Assembly: GCA_008690995.1 (NCBI GenBank)
Contig: VRMN01000002.1
Coordinates: forward strand, 1,612,001 to 1,676,000
Length of the DNA stretch: 64,000 bases
Direction: 5' to 3'
Source of the DNA: Porphyridium purpureum
Lineage: Eukaryota
Shown piece by piece: positions 1-11,412 of the stretch. Positions within the stretch are counted from its first letter, which is position 1, and every line of letters starts with the position of its first letter. The notes under the pieces are model-generated. The model did no database searches. It saw only the letters and a list, made by a program, of their open reading frames with translations, and was not told the DNA's origin. Position numbers and translations under genes: made by a program.

Positions 1-958
1 ACTTCTAGGCACCAGTATCCGAGGTTCATGAGGCGTCTCTGCCTTGAACAAAGAGTATTTTGCCCAACAATTGCCTCTTCCTCGAGCTGTGTGAACTTGA
101 CGAGGTTGGAGACCAAGGCGAGAAAGAAGACGGAGGACAATGCAATGCTGAGTACAAAGCCGGAGACATGCAGACGGCTACCTATGATTTTGCACCGTCA
201 GAAACGCCTAACCTGCCCAACTACAAGACCATTCGGAAGTGATTGCCTGACCCGGTCTGCTCAATCTAGATTACCTGCGCAACTGCTGTCTACAGTGTAG
301 CTGAATGCACCCGAAAGCGTAAGATCAAGCTGACACACGAACTGATTGGTAAGGCAATAGCCAAGATCAATGTGGTCTGACAGACAACGAAGCCAATGGC
401 CAACATAGTGAACTGCGTGTCATCGGACATGACCATGAACTTGCGTAGGCACGTGTGCCAGAGTCAGAGCTTTCAGCAGGATGCTGGTATGGAGTTTTCC
501 CATGAGTATCGTCACAAGATTCCACTCTCGAACCGAAGCATTTCACAAGCACGACAGATGTGGCCGCACCAGCAGAGCCGACGTGGTCACGGCCGGACGC
601 TTGTCGCTCGTAGTGTCAATTGCTCCAAAAAGAACAGCGTGGGTATTTCCTTTGGCAACTGGAAGGTGATTGCTGTGTGACGGCTCTACACTAGTGAACA
701 TCTACTGGAGCTGCAGTCGCAGCAAGCAAGCAGAAACGTTGGCGCGTTGAAGCTCATGTCTCTTCGTTTTCTTCGTCTGTTGCTTCTCAGGAGAGTAGCC
801 GACCACAGCGGTAAATATGATGATACGTTGATTCTACATGAGAGTTTTAGCGATACCTAAGTAGCAGCAAGCGAAAATGGTAACCTATTCGCTCCGCCAC
901 CAGCGCACTGTTCATTTGGTCTTACAGGAGAGCGAGTCGTGCATTTCTGGTGTGGTGC

Positions 959-2485
959 CTACCACTCGCTGCCCGACTCCAAAACATTGCCAGCTCGGTC
1001 TAAGAGGGGAGGTACATAGCCGGGACCGTGTTGCACCAGCTGCTGTATTCCCCTCCCTGCGGCAAAAGCTTCCTGGAGGATCGTCCATCCCTGCTCTTCC
1101 TGCTCTCCCTGCTCTCGAGATACGCTGCGCCGTGTCTGGGACAGAGTGTATTGGTCAGCCCGATTCCAATCGACGACATAATTTAAATCTTCCATCGCAC
1201 CCAGCGTGACGGTGCTCAACTTGTCAAGTATGTCTTGAGTGCTGCTCGAGAAAACAGTATCCACAGAGCCAGTCAACAGCTCATGCCGCATGGCCTCTTC
1301 CCTCCAGTGCGTGCAATCTGTGCCACTGCTTGACGCCCGATATTCGACGGGCGGTGTCCCAGCCCCTCCCAGTGTTCTCCATTCGCGTGTGGCCGCGGGA
1401 TATTTGTATTGGGCGTAAGAACCGGCCACGCAGTCCACGCGCGTATTGTAACCTGCGCGCGTCGGAAAGCGGTTGATCCAGAACGAACCGACGCCAAGCA
1501 AATGAAGCATCTCGTGAAGCGTGACATGAATCCAGAACTCAGTCCATGCGGGATATTCGGTACCGAACAGGAAATCCGTAGAGTCAAATACCATTTCACC
1601 GAGGGTCGGAAGCACGTCATAGTTGCACGTGGGCTCCGCATTGGTACAAACCTCCACGTACTGATAATTCTGAGCGCGGCCGACCACGCCTCCGCGACCA
1701 TCCAAGCCGTTCAATCTGTAGTACATGCTCAAGGTAACGGGTGCAGCCACCAGGCGTTGGCCAAGCACAATGGTTTGCAATTTGGCAAGGGCTAACTCGA
1801 ACACTTGGACTGCTCGTGGATCCTGCGCTCCGTTTGGGATCAAGTTGATTGTGAATGGGTAGCAGTCGGCATCACATACCGCCGCGGCGCTTGTGGGTAC
1901 TGGCGTTGGACTCGGCGTCGGCACTGGCGTTGGACTCGGCGTCGGCACTGGCGTTGGACTTGGCGTCGGCACTGGCGTTGGACTCGGCGTCGGCACTGGC
2001 GTTGGACTCGGCGTCGGCACTGGCGTTGGACTTGGCGTCGGCACTGGCGTTGGACTTGGCGTCGGCACTGGCGTTGGACTCGGCGTCGGCACTGGCGTTG
2101 GACTCGGCGTCGGCACTGGCGTTGGACTCGGCGTCGGCACTGGCGTTGGACTCGGCGTCGGCACTGGCGTTGGACTCGGCGTCGGCACTGGCGTTGGACT
2201 CGGCGTCGGCACTGGCGTTGGACTCGGCGTCGGCACTGGCGTTGGACTCGGCGTCGGCACTGGCGTTGGACTTGGCGTCGGCACTGGCGTTGGACTCGGC
2301 GTCGGCACTGGCGTTGGACTCGGTGTCGGTGCTACATATTCATCTGATGGAGCAGTGGGTTCCGGCGTCGGTGTTTTTTCGAAATTTTTCAACCATCCCC
2401 ATCGCTTTGCGTGGACCTCTGGTGTAAGCGCGCAGATCAGCACCACGCAGAGCAAAAGCGTCAACAGTCTTGCCCGAAAAGCCAT
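959..2485 (-). CDS. Secreted leishmanolysin/M8-like zinc metalloprotease with an extensin-like (PTPSPTPV)18 stalk
   Basis: Signal peptide [26 protein letters not shown], then a Pro/Thr/Ser repeat. The C-terminal domain has [10 protein letters not shown] (HExxH) and a distal HWREE..ELLTG motif as in GP63/M8-type peptidases. Confidence 0.85.
   Translation of the reverse strand: MAFRARLLTLLLCVVLICALTPEVHAKRWGWLKNFEKTPTPEPTAPSDEYVAPTPSPTPVPTPSPTPVPTPSPTPVPTPSPTPVPTPSPTPVPTPSPTPVPTPSPTPVPTPSPTPVPTPSPTPVPTPSPTPVPTPSPTPVPTPSPTPVPTPSPTPVPTPSPTPVPTPSPTPVPTPSPTPVPTPSPTPVPTPSPTPVPTSAAAVCDADCYPFTINLIPNGAQDPRAVQVFELALAKLQTIVLGQRLVAAPVTLSMYYRLNGLDGRGGVVGRAQNYQYVEVCTNAEPTCNYDVLPTLGEMVFDSTDFLFGTEYPAWTEFWIHVTLHEMLHLLGVGSFWINRFPTRAGYNTRVDCVAGSYAQYKYPAATREWRTLGGAGTPPVEYRASSSGTDCTHWREEAMRHELLTGSVDTVFSSSTQDILDKLSTVTLGAMEDLNYVVDWNRADQYTLSQTRRSVSREQGEQEEQGWTILQEAFAAGRGIQQLVQHGPGYVPPLLDRAGNVLESGSEW
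1896..2327. repeat. Coding tandem repeat, 18 x 24 bp (GGCACTGGCGTTGGACTCGGCGTC), encoding PTPSPTPV on the minus strand
   Basis: Read directly. Units are near-identical, with a synonymous C>T variant in units 3, 6, 7 and 16 and single changes in the terminal units. Confidence 0.97.
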
Positions 2486-3462
2486 TTCTTGTCGTCAAAT
2501 TCGGGTATCAGAGTAGACACGGAATTGCCTCTTTGCGCGCGCACTTGCTTGAAAGCCGCGGCTTCAAGCCCGTTCAATGCACGCTGATCGAATCTCTTTT
2601 CAGCCTTGACGCGCCTGCGCGTTCTCGCCTGTTCTTTCAGCACAGTAGTTGTGATCCTTGATATTCGTGAAGGCAAGCTACAGTGCAGCTATCTCGAAGT
2701 CGACCTTCACTGGCAGCGCCGTGGAGCAAAGTAAGCTAGCATGACCCACACGACCCTCATATACGCGCGCATACCTATCCCAGCCACTGGTCGCTCTCCT
2801 TGCAGGGGACCCGAAGTGCGACGGCGCATACTCTGTCCCTTCTGTATGAGAACGAACTGCCGTTATACATCTCCCATGCTATGCTGCAGACAGGGAGAAA
2901 GATTGTGCACATGTGTCTCGCTCGTCATGGGATCGACCCATGACCGTTCTTTCCGGCCGGACACGAATACCATGTCATAGGGGTAAGATGTGCACGCGTG
3001 TGAGGATTAATTCGATGTCGATGTTGGCGCGCCATGACCGATTATCCTGATGAACCATTGGACGAGAGCCTCAGCCGCGTACTATCCATTGCAACACAAA
3101 GGCAGGCAAACTCCTCGACGGCTCTCGACTTCTAAACGAGCCGGGGCCGTTTCGAAACGATGCGTTTCAAAAGCCAGACGCGTGCACCAACAACGTCTGC
3201 CTGGACTCTCTGCCCAAGCGTCTCTCCTCATCGCAGTCCGTCCAGGATCGTGCCACAAAATGCCGCCAGCTCCCGAAACCTGACGCTGCGTCTGACCGTT
3301 TCGATTTCGAAATCCCGGTTCCACACTGTACTCACTGTACATGATGTACTCGCTGTACTCGACCTCGAAATGGCGCATTGCGAAAAAGTACAGCGGTTCA
3401 ACACAGAAGAAGTACAGTTTGGTTTCATGGCGCGCGCGTTTTTTTCTCTGTTTCCATCTATT

Positions 3463-3474
3463 TTTGGCGCGAAA
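3463..3474. promoter_or_regulatory. Bidirectional E2F-type site TTTGGCGCGAAA upstream of the RCC2-like gene
   Basis: Matches TTTSSCGC on both strands, about 160 bp upstream of the ATG. Confidence 0.5.
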
Positions 3475-3634
3475 GGAGCGAGGTCGAGAGAGCCTTGCGA
3501 CGAACGAGGGCGCGGGCCAGGTCTACAAGTCGAATGGTGGGCGCGTGTTGCCGACGAGCAAGACGCAGATTGGCAAACGGCGTGCGCGTGTCTCGTGGTC
3601 AGATAGAAAGACAACAGCCGCTGTGTGTGCGTCC

Positions 3635-4970
3635 ATGGCGACGCTCGTGTTTTGCGGCTCAAAGGGCTTCGATCGAAACTCGACAGATGAGTCCGATCAG
3701 CTCATCGCGCCGCATGTGCTACGGTTCGCCGGGCTTGACGAAGAATGGAGCGCGGCGTTTTCCGGGCCGTGTGCTAGTCACGCCGTCCTTTTGAACAAAC
3801 AAGGCGAGGCGTTTGGGATTGGTCATAATGAATCCAGCCAGCTCGGTTCGCTCGTTGATTCAGCAAAGCCAGACGGCGGTGGCACGCAGCTCGTTCCGGT
3901 AAAGATGGAGCTTCCCGGGGTGTACAAAACGGAAAAGATCATCAAGGCGAGCTGTGGAAAGGCACACACGCTGCTTCTCACAGAAAGTCAACATGTGTTT
4001 GCGTGCGGCCTGCATGAAAAGGGCCAGCTTGGCTTGGGCAAACTTAACGGTACGCAGCTCTTTTCGCCCCTTAAGCGCGTCGAGATGCCCGAAAAGGTGG
4101 TCGCGCTGGCCGCCGGCAGCGAGTTTAGTGCGTTTGTGGGTGAATCTGGTACCTTGTACACGTGTGGCTGGAGCGTCTATGGCCAGTTGGGCCATGGTAC
4201 GACGGGCGAACGCATTGGACCCCGCAAAAAAAATCTTCTACGACAACGAACTCACGCCGCGGCGCGTGCTTGGCTTTGGGCCGGGCGAGCGTGAGACACG
4301 AGCAACAGACGTGGCGTGTGGACAGCATCACACGCTCGTGCTGGACGAGAACGAGAAGGTCTGGTCGTTTGGCTTTGGTGGGTACGGGCGTCTTGGTCAC
4401 AAACAGCCGAATGATGAAATGCGACCAAAGCTGATTGAGGGATTTGCGAAACCCATGTTTAAACTCTCCATGATTAGCGCGGGACTCACATGCAGCTATG
4501 CCGCTCAAAGCAGCAACAAAACGCTCTTCTTTTGGGGTAAGGCGAAGCAAGGCGGAGAAGTCACAACGTACCCGAAACCAATCTATGATCTCCAGCAATG
4601 GACCATTCACAGCATCGGCGTCTCTTACACCTCCACTGTCATTGCTGCTGACAATAGCGTCATCAGCTTTGGCCCCAGCCCGGCCTTTGGCGAGCTTGGA
4701 TACGGCGCTGGCAAGTCCAAGTCCAGCACAACGCCACAGAAAATGGAGAGCATGGATGGCATGATGACAAAGCAAGTCGCAGTGGGCTCAGCATTTACAT
4801 TTTTGGTAGTTCGCAATGAGAACGAGGCTGACGCGGCTTCGATTAGCAAGCTGCCGGTGCACGAACTGACGAATGCAGGGGCCAAAAAATCCGCAGGTAC
4901 CGAGGAAGCGGCGCCCAAGCGGAAGGCAGCGGCAAAAGCTGCCCCTGCAAAAAAGAAAGGCCGGAAATGA
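3635..4970 (+). CDS. RCC2: RCC1-repeat protein, RCC2/TD-60-like, with an apparent +1 frameshift at about 4220-4233
   Basis: RCC1 repeats (SCGKAHTLLL, GQLGLG, GQLGHG) lie in ORF 3341..4294 and continue in ORF 3954..4970 (ACGQHHTL, FGFGGYGRLGH, YPKPIYDL, FGPSPAFGELGYG, KSSTTP). Removing one base joins them into about 444 aa. ATG at 3635. Confidence 0.8.
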
Positions 4971-5143
4971 ACGGAGATCCGCACGAACTAGTTCATTCCG
5001 GTCGTATACTGATCCTTGTTGACCAAACAAATACTTTTCTTTATTTGTCTCTGCAGCGGAGCCCCACAGGCTCAGCTTTGGTCTTGATTGGAGTCCAAAA
5101 CAACTTTTGAAGCTTCCCAATCAAAGGGCTTGTTCCTCACAGC

Positions 5144-5608
5144 TTACTCCTCGTCGGAGCCGCTCGATTCTTCTTCTTCACCGACCGGCGACACCGGTAC
5201 GCCTTTCCAAAAGGCCACATGATTTGCAATCCGTACGGCGTCCTTGGGTGTGGGGCTCGGGTAATAGAACGCGGCATTGTTGTGCTGCTTTCCGTCCACT
5301 TCTAGCGTGTAAAAGATTCGTCTGCCCAACTTTGGGTGATTATCTACAAAGTCAGACGACCGATAAAATTCCATATTGAGCGCGTCGGACGGGAAGTAGA
5401 ACGTTCCGTCATAAATCTCGCACTTCTCGGACTGTGCGAGCACGACGCCATTCCAGACGGCCTTCATTGGTTTCTTTGACTTTCTGACGCCGGACAGGAA
5501 CTCGCCACTGCGGCGCCCGCCAAATTCCACCGACATGCGCGACTTTGACTTTGGCGTGGCCTGGGACGAGGTTTGCGACGAGCCATCGCCCTTTTTGAAG
5601 AGCCCCAT
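5144..5608 (-). CDS. DUF427 domain protein with a basic/Ser-rich N-terminal extension
   Basis: MKAVWNGVVLAQS..GTFYFP..YTLEVDGK..NAAFYYPSP..RIANHVAFWKGV matches the DUF427 pattern. First ATG (MGLFKK) at 5608. Confidence 0.8.
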   Translation of the reverse strand: MGLFKKGDGSSQTSSQATPKSKSRMSVEFGGRRSGEFLSGVRKSKKPMKAVWNGVVLAQSEKCEIYDGTFYFPSDALNMEFYRSSDFVDNHPKLGRRIFYTLEVDGKQHNNAAFYYPSPTPKDAVRIANHVAFWKGVPVSPVGEEEESSGSDEE

Positions 5609-6442
5609 CCTCTTGTCTTTGCGGGGTCGTCGCGACGCCGAGAACCGGTGCTCGCTGTTTCGGAAGTCTGAGCACGGCACGCTTCCTTCAAGCCAGGCGT
5701 TCAATCCTCGCACTAGCCGCAGGCTGTTCCTGCTGCTCGACTCCAACACACAGACACACGTACAGCTCCCTCTCCTCTTCGGCTTCGACAGGCTGCTGAA
5801 TTATCCAGTCGCTCACCAATTTCCTACCAGCGTCGTACGTCACTCACCAGACACCCACGCAGACACACACGCAGACACTCGCCGGCCACCGCACTTGCCG
5901 TCCATTGATGAGAACGCCATTGTCTCGAGTCGCTCAGCGTGCATGCCGGACTTGGCTGACACGAATTATGATCAGGATCCAAAGAATGCGTGTGACGTTG
6001 CACCACGCGCCACCCGCACCTCCGCCACACAGCGCGCGCAACTTGGGAAAGAAAAAAAGCAAGCGCGGCGCCCGCCCGTGGGATCGACGCACACGCACAC
6101 ACTCGTATGAGCGAGCACCCGCTGACGTGGCGTCCCCACCAACGGCGCTGGACACGAGCAGGAGTGAGGAATGCGATGCCATTTCCATGCCACATTCCAC
6201 CCACCCAAACCTGTCACTGTACCGTTTATGCTGTACCTTATAAACTGTACCGCAGCGCAGCTCGCGGGTGAGATTTTAGCGCGGCCCCGTGTGGGCCTTC
6301 GTGGCGGTCATTTTTTGTTAGGGAGGGAGAGTCGAGGTGGGAGGGTGAAAGGTGGTGTTGGGAACTGGGGATCGTACGGAGAGAGCTGTGGGGAGAAGAG
6401 AAAGAGGGAGAGACAGAGACAGAGAGAAGGAGAGCGGGAGTC

Positions 6443-7393
6443 ATGGCGTTTGTGAGCGGAGCGGGAGCGGCGGTGCGCGGGACGTCGGGGAAGGCGGCGG
6501 CGCGATGTGCGGCGGTGCGCACGGTGCGCGCGGCACGCGCGATTCGGATGACGACGGCGCCCGGCAGCGCGCCTTTCTCGTCGCTGGACGAGCCGGAGCG
6601 TCAGGTCGTTATGTGGGAGTCCGTGGGCGACGAGAAGGACCAGGTCTTTAAGCAGCTGTACAGGCAGGTGTTTGGCAATGCGTACCTGATGGAGTCAGAT
6701 CTGGAAGAGCTCTTGGTGCCCGAATCGCAGCTGCTGATGGGCAGCATTTCTGTCAAGGACTTCATCAAGCGTGTCGCCAAGAGTGACGCGTACAAGAAGC
6801 GCTTCTTTGAGCCCTGCGGACCGTACCGCTTCGTGGAGCTCTGCACCAAGCACTTCCTCGGGCGCGGCCCGCGCGATCAGAAGGAGGTGAGCGAGCACGT
6901 GCAGCGCTTGGCCAACGAGGGCTACGACGCGGATGTGGATTCTTACATGGACAGCGAGGAGTACATGTCGCTGTTTGGCGAGAACGGCGTGCCGCGCTTC
7001 GTGTTCAAAGGCACATACGAGGGCAACGACCAGTTCAACAGACTGGCCGCCATGCGTCAGTTCGCAGACGGCTCATACACAGACACGCGCTCGGGATCGA
7101 CCGCGCCGCGAAAGGCTCAGAAGGCTGAGCTCACCATGGCAGAGGGCGACTTTGTGGGCAGAGCCAAGGTGTCGCGCGGCCTCCCGGCCGAAACCAGCGC
7201 GGCCAAGACGGGCACGCCGCCCGTGCGCGCGCTGAAGGGCCCTGTCAACCCGCGCGCCGGTGTTCGCGTGCGCATCAAAGTGGTGGACAACCTGTACCAA
7301 GTGTACGAAATCCCGCCCATGGCCGACCCCAAGGCCAAGGTGAACGCCTTTTGGGCCAAGCCGATTCCGTCGTCGCTCACCAAGAAGTATTAA
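6443..7393 (+). CDS. Nucleus-encoded phycobilisome linker polypeptide (PBS_linker_poly domain) with a plastid transit peptide
   Basis: Transit peptide MAFVSGAGAAVR. Linker motifs YRQVFGNAYLM, ESQL..G.ISVKDFIK.VAKSDAYK, ELCTKHFLGRGP and DSYMDSEEY..FGENGVP. Confidence 0.93.
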   Translation: MAFVSGAGAAVRGTSGKAAARCAAVRTVRAARAIRMTTAPGSAPFSSLDEPERQVVMWESVGDEKDQVFKQLYRQVFGNAYLMESDLEELLVPESQLLMGSISVKDFIKRVAKSDAYKKRFFEPCGPYRFVELCTKHFLGRGPRDQKEVSEHVQRLANEGYDADVDSYMDSEEYMSLFGENGVPRFVFKGTYEGNDQFNRLAAMRQFADGSYTDTRSGSTAPRKAQKAELTMAEGDFVGRAKVSRGLPAETSAAKTGTPPVRALKGPVNPRAGVRVRIKVVDNLYQVYEIPPMADPKAKVNAFWAKPIPSSLTKKY

Positions 7394-7948
7394 GCGCCAC
7401 TCTGGCGCATGTGTGTGTACGGGGGCGTAGCTTGTAGTGACCAATATCTCCCCAACAAAACAGTCAAAACATTCTTCGACAAGTTCAGGCCTTGAACCTC
7501 GTGCCAAAAAGCCGTCGCCTCACACACAGCCAGCACGTCGCAGTCCCTCCATTCTCCCCCGAACAGTACCTCAAAGTACAGCACGTCCGGCCAACATCCA
7601 GCGTGCGTGCGAACGAATTTAATTCCGTTTCGCGGAAGTACAGTAAATTCAGCGCCGGCGCCTATCAAAACGGCGCAGTTTCACGATGGACACCCCGCGC
7701 CACCCGTTTTGGGGCGGGACACGCGCACCGCGCGAAGACACTTGCGTGCTTTTTCTTAGTAAAACGGGCGCGTTCAAGCAGGGGGACACCACACAGACCC
7801 GCTTTAAATAGAAATGCGAACGCGAGACTTAATAAGGGGCAATACCCGTGGGTTGGGTGTGTCGGGAGGGCAGACGGTAAGGAGTAAAGAGGCAGGTAGG
7901 TGGAGACCGAGGGAGAGGGGACGGCACACGCGGACAAAGAAGTGCGCC

Positions 7949-9310
7949 ATGAATCGAAGCGGGATGAAGATGGCGGCCATGGCGGCCGTGGTGGTGCTGG
8001 GTGTGGCCGCGATGGCGGCGGCTGCGGCGGGCGGCGCGCCGATGGCGTCGTCGCTCCGCATGCAGGAGCACGGCGCGAGCTTGCTCGGCAGCGAGGTAGA
8101 TATGGCCGGGTTCACGTGCGGACAGACGGTGCCGTTGTGGCTCACGGCAAAGGCCGACGAGCGCGGCATTCTGTACGCCAAGGTCGTGCTGGACGCGGCG
8201 TCGTCTGGCAAGGACTCGGGTGCGGGCTTTTCAGACTGCTTGAGCGTCGTGCCGGCGTCGAGCGACATCGGGGCGCTGGGACTGACGCAAAAGCGAACTG
8301 GAAGTGCCTTCGACAAGGGCTCCACTTTGGTGTGCGGCGTCACGGCTTCCGGACTCGAGCGTGGCCAGACAGTTGATATCATGCTTGAGGTGCGACTTGC
8401 GTGCATGCAAGGCGCCAAGCCCACGGGAGACCTGACCGTCTCGTTTGGGGATCAGCGCGATGCGCGTAGCGAGACTCTGACCCTGCGCAAGGTGCAGGAC
8501 GTGAACGGCGCACACAGCGCATACCTTGGATTGGTCAAGACCATCACAACGGGCGACGGGATCTGTGGCATGCACGACACTGAGGAACTTACGGAATCGT
8601 ACCTTGTGGACGACCGTCGCCAGGTCAAGTTTTGCTATCGCATTGTCAACTACGGTACTCAGGCCGCGTGCGGCGTGTCGCTGCATCAGCAGAACGGGCT
8701 GGAAGCAAGCGCAGAGTACTCTGTGCAGGTTCCGTCATTGGGAGACGACTGTGTGAGCGGACGATATGATGCGCTTCCAGGGTCTACCACTACTGGCCGC
8801 ACCGCGATCATGTGGTCGTCGGCCTCTGCCGAATTCCTGACCGAGTACCCGTGCGGTGTGACTGAGGTTGCGCCGCGCGCCACGCTTCGCTTCCACGGCG
8901 GAGAAGAGACTTCGGCGTCTGTTCGCTTGAACACCGCAAACGACTGCACTGGCGTGAGCAATCATGCCACTTTGGGCGGCGCCCAGGCGAGCAAGCAGAT
9001 GACTTTCTGCGACTGTGTCATCATTGATTCATCTTTCTATTTTCTGGACTACGTTGAGACGATCAGCGGCCTCGACCTGTGCATGGTGAATGAGGCCCTG
9101 ACTGGGTACAGGTGCCTGATCGGCGTGTCGTCCCCGCCTCCTGGCGCAGAGGTGTGCGTCATTGACACGGCATCCCGCTACGTCGCGACTAACAGGATTC
9201 AGGACAACAGTGCAGGTGTGCTTGACCCGAACGCTCTGATTGGCTGCCAACTTCGAACCGTGCAAATCATCAGGCCGGTTTCGATGACGCGATTCTCCAC
9301 TTTTGTGTAA
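7949..9310 (+). CDS. Secreted Cys-rich protein of unknown function
   Basis: Hydrophobic signal (MAAMAAVVVLGVAAMAAAAAG), long ORF, many Cys, beta-rich composition. No recognised family. Confidence 0.7.
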   Translation: MNRSGMKMAAMAAVVVLGVAAMAAAAAGGAPMASSLRMQEHGASLLGSEVDMAGFTCGQTVPLWLTAKADERGILYAKVVLDAASSGKDSGAGFSDCLSVVPASSDIGALGLTQKRTGSAFDKGSTLVCGVTASGLERGQTVDIMLEVRLACMQGAKPTGDLTVSFGDQRDARSETLTLRKVQDVNGAHSAYLGLVKTITTGDGICGMHDTEELTESYLVDDRRQVKFCYRIVNYGTQAACGVSLHQQNGLEASAEYSVQVPSLGDDCVSGRYDALPGSTTTGRTAIMWSSASAEFLTEYPCGVTEVAPRATLRFHGGEETSASVRLNTANDCTGVSNHATLGGAQASKQMTFCDCVIIDSSFYFLDYVETISGLDLCMVNEALTGYRCLIGVSSPPPGAEVCVIDTASRYVATNRIQDNSAGVLDPNALIGCQLRTVQIIRPVSMTRFSTFV

Positions 9311-9472
9311 ACAGTGTCTCTTGACTTTCTCGGAATAAATTGCTTTGCCGCTTCAGAACCCCTGCGCACAAGTTTTATGCGAACATGTCACGCTAAGCGT
9401 TCTTTTGTTGCCCAACATACTGCCCGAAGAAAGATCCGACCTGATTTACTGCACTGCACATACTGGGACAAA

Positions 9473-10777
9473 TTAGCGCAGCGCGCGCGATGAGCGCGCA
9501 GTGCTGCCTTGCATCGGTGCTGTGCGCATGAAGACATCGGCGCGGTACTGCGTGCCAGAACAAAGACAGTTCGAAACTCGAAATAGAAACTGCACCCATA
9601 CCGGCTCGTCGCTCATGGATTTCTGACCTGATAAACGCGGCTTCTGTCGACGCACAATCGTATCAGGACTAAATCGAAGCTTTTTCGTTCCTGGTAGAGC
9701 GATATCGTTCAGCTTCTGCGCCAGCACATTTTCTACAGCCCATGAACCATCATCATTTACAAGCGTGGGCGGTGCGCACACTTCGACCCATATGGATCGC
9801 ACGAGCATTGGACTCATCACAATTCGCCGCGAACCCATTTCAACTTTGCCTTTCTGTCCACTTCGCTCCAAATGCACATGGATCTGAAGCTCGGTCAAGC
9901 TCAACGCATGTTCGTGCTCGTGCAGGTGAATCATAGACAAGGTGGGAATATACGTGTCCACGTACCGGGCGGTCCAAATCTGGATCACGGTCTGTTGTAC
10001 GTCTTCGGGAGCGAGAAGGCACATTGGTGCAATGTATGGACGGTTCATCGATCCCGCGGGTGTGAAGCAGTTCAAAGCAAACGGCCGTAACGGAGCCAGC
10101 TCTTCGTCCTCGATGTCGTCTACTCTCTTCGAAGACTGGAGTTGAGCGAATAGAGAGCCCGTTCGCGTGCTCGATGCATCCGAGTGATAATCATCTAAAG
10201 CTTCCTCGCCGTCCAGTCTATCAAATGCGATCGCTCTGAATTCTGGGCTAACATACATTTCTGCTTCTGCAGATTCGAGGCAAGGTTTTGGCTCGACCTG
10301 CGCCATCGTCGCGTCCTCCATCAATGAATCACCCCCGCAGGACACGAAGGAGGCCGTTTCATCATCGCCTTGGTCAATTTTGTCCTCTTCGCCGTCGACG
10401 GCGACGGCACCTAGCGAGGCGTACACGACATCATCACAAAGGGCCGGGTCAGAGGATACAGCGTCGCCTCCAATATTCTTCGGAGAGTGCTTTTCTGAAG
10501 ATCCCACGTGTTGGGGTGAGGGGTAATCAATTGAAACGGAATGCTCTTGAACACGACCCGCGTCCTCTGAGGAGATCGACGAGCCGCCGCCGTGCGGCAT
10601 GTGGCATTCGCCCGTTTCCGACATTCGAATGGAGAATCCTTTTGGCTCCGCTCCCGCACCAACAGGCTTGATGTCTTCTGCGACAATCACGAACACATCC
10701 ACATCTAAAATATCCTCCTGCTCCCATGTATCACGCACAGAAAAGTGGGGCGGCTCATCGGCATCCATCTCTGACAT
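9473..10777 (-). CDS. Hypothetical protein with an acidic N-terminal half
   Basis: Open frame of more than 430 codons, first ATG at 10777. No recognised domain. Confidence 0.55.
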   Translation of the reverse strand: MSEMDADEPPHFSVRDTWEQEDILDVDVFVIVAEDIKPVGAGAEPKGFSIRMSETGECHMPHGGGSSISSEDAGRVQEHSVSIDYPSPQHVGSSEKHSPKNIGGDAVSSDPALCDDVVYASLGAVAVDGEEDKIDQGDDETASFVSCGGDSLMEDATMAQVEPKPCLESAEAEMYVSPEFRAIAFDRLDGEEALDDYHSDASSTRTGSLFAQLQSSKRVDDIEDEELAPLRPFALNCFTPAGSMNRPYIAPMCLLAPEDVQQTVIQIWTARYVDTYIPTLSMIHLHEHEHALSLTELQIHVHLERSGQKGKVEMGSRRIVMSPMLVRSIWVEVCAPPTLVNDDGSWAVENVLAQKLNDIALPGTKKLRFSPDTIVRRQKPRLSGQKSMSDEPVWVQFLFRVSNCLCSGTQYRADVFMRTAPMQGSTARSSRALR

Positions 10778-11412
10778 GCTTTCCAAATGTGCACGCAGTG
10801 CGGACTCGTCAGCGCTACCAACATTACCGGTCGAAACGCGATGCGGAAGCGCGGCGCGCACGTATGCGCGAATTCTACCTTGCGCTTCTTTCTGCGTTCA
10901 ACCGACAAGTGTCAACAGGGCGCATGCGCAAACGATAGAACAAAAAGGGTTTCAAAACACCGTCACACGCACTGCGTACGCACTCCTCGTCGACACATCG
11001 CGCCAAATTTTCTTTGCTGTCTGTCGCGTCTACGCGCAGAGCCATCTTTATACGTACCGCATCTGAGTCAGTGCAACCTCAACACGCGTGCATGTGCCAC
11101 ATCCTCGCCTGTCATGGCTCTGCTTCGGCACGTCACTCAATGGCCAAGCCCAATTGCCACGCGAAGCGTGGAGGTTCAGTCGCAAGTTATAATAAAAGAA
11201 GCTGTTTGGAATAGTGTACAGTTGCAGAGGACCCTTTTTTTCCCCAGAAGCCGACGCGCGTGCGCTCCATTGTGGTGCAGCGGCACGTTGTCGTCCGCAA
11301 CCGCGGTCCGTTCCACAAGTGGCCGCGTAGTTTGCCTGACCACGAATTGGAATCCTCCAAGTCCACATCTTCGGCCAACGCCTCTCGCCTTCATGGTGGA
11401 TCGCAAATCTTC

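Noticed and set aside
1..680. Possible decayed gene or transposon ORF in one frame (ORFs 60..242 and 396..680 share a frame)
   Set aside because: Stops at 45, 240, 267 and 378 and no recognisable motif, so it cannot be distinguished from non-coding DNA without a homology search.
1896..2327. 24-bp repeat array as a CRISPR array
   Set aside because: Head-to-tail units with no unique spacers, in frame within a secreted protein, and no cas genes nearby.
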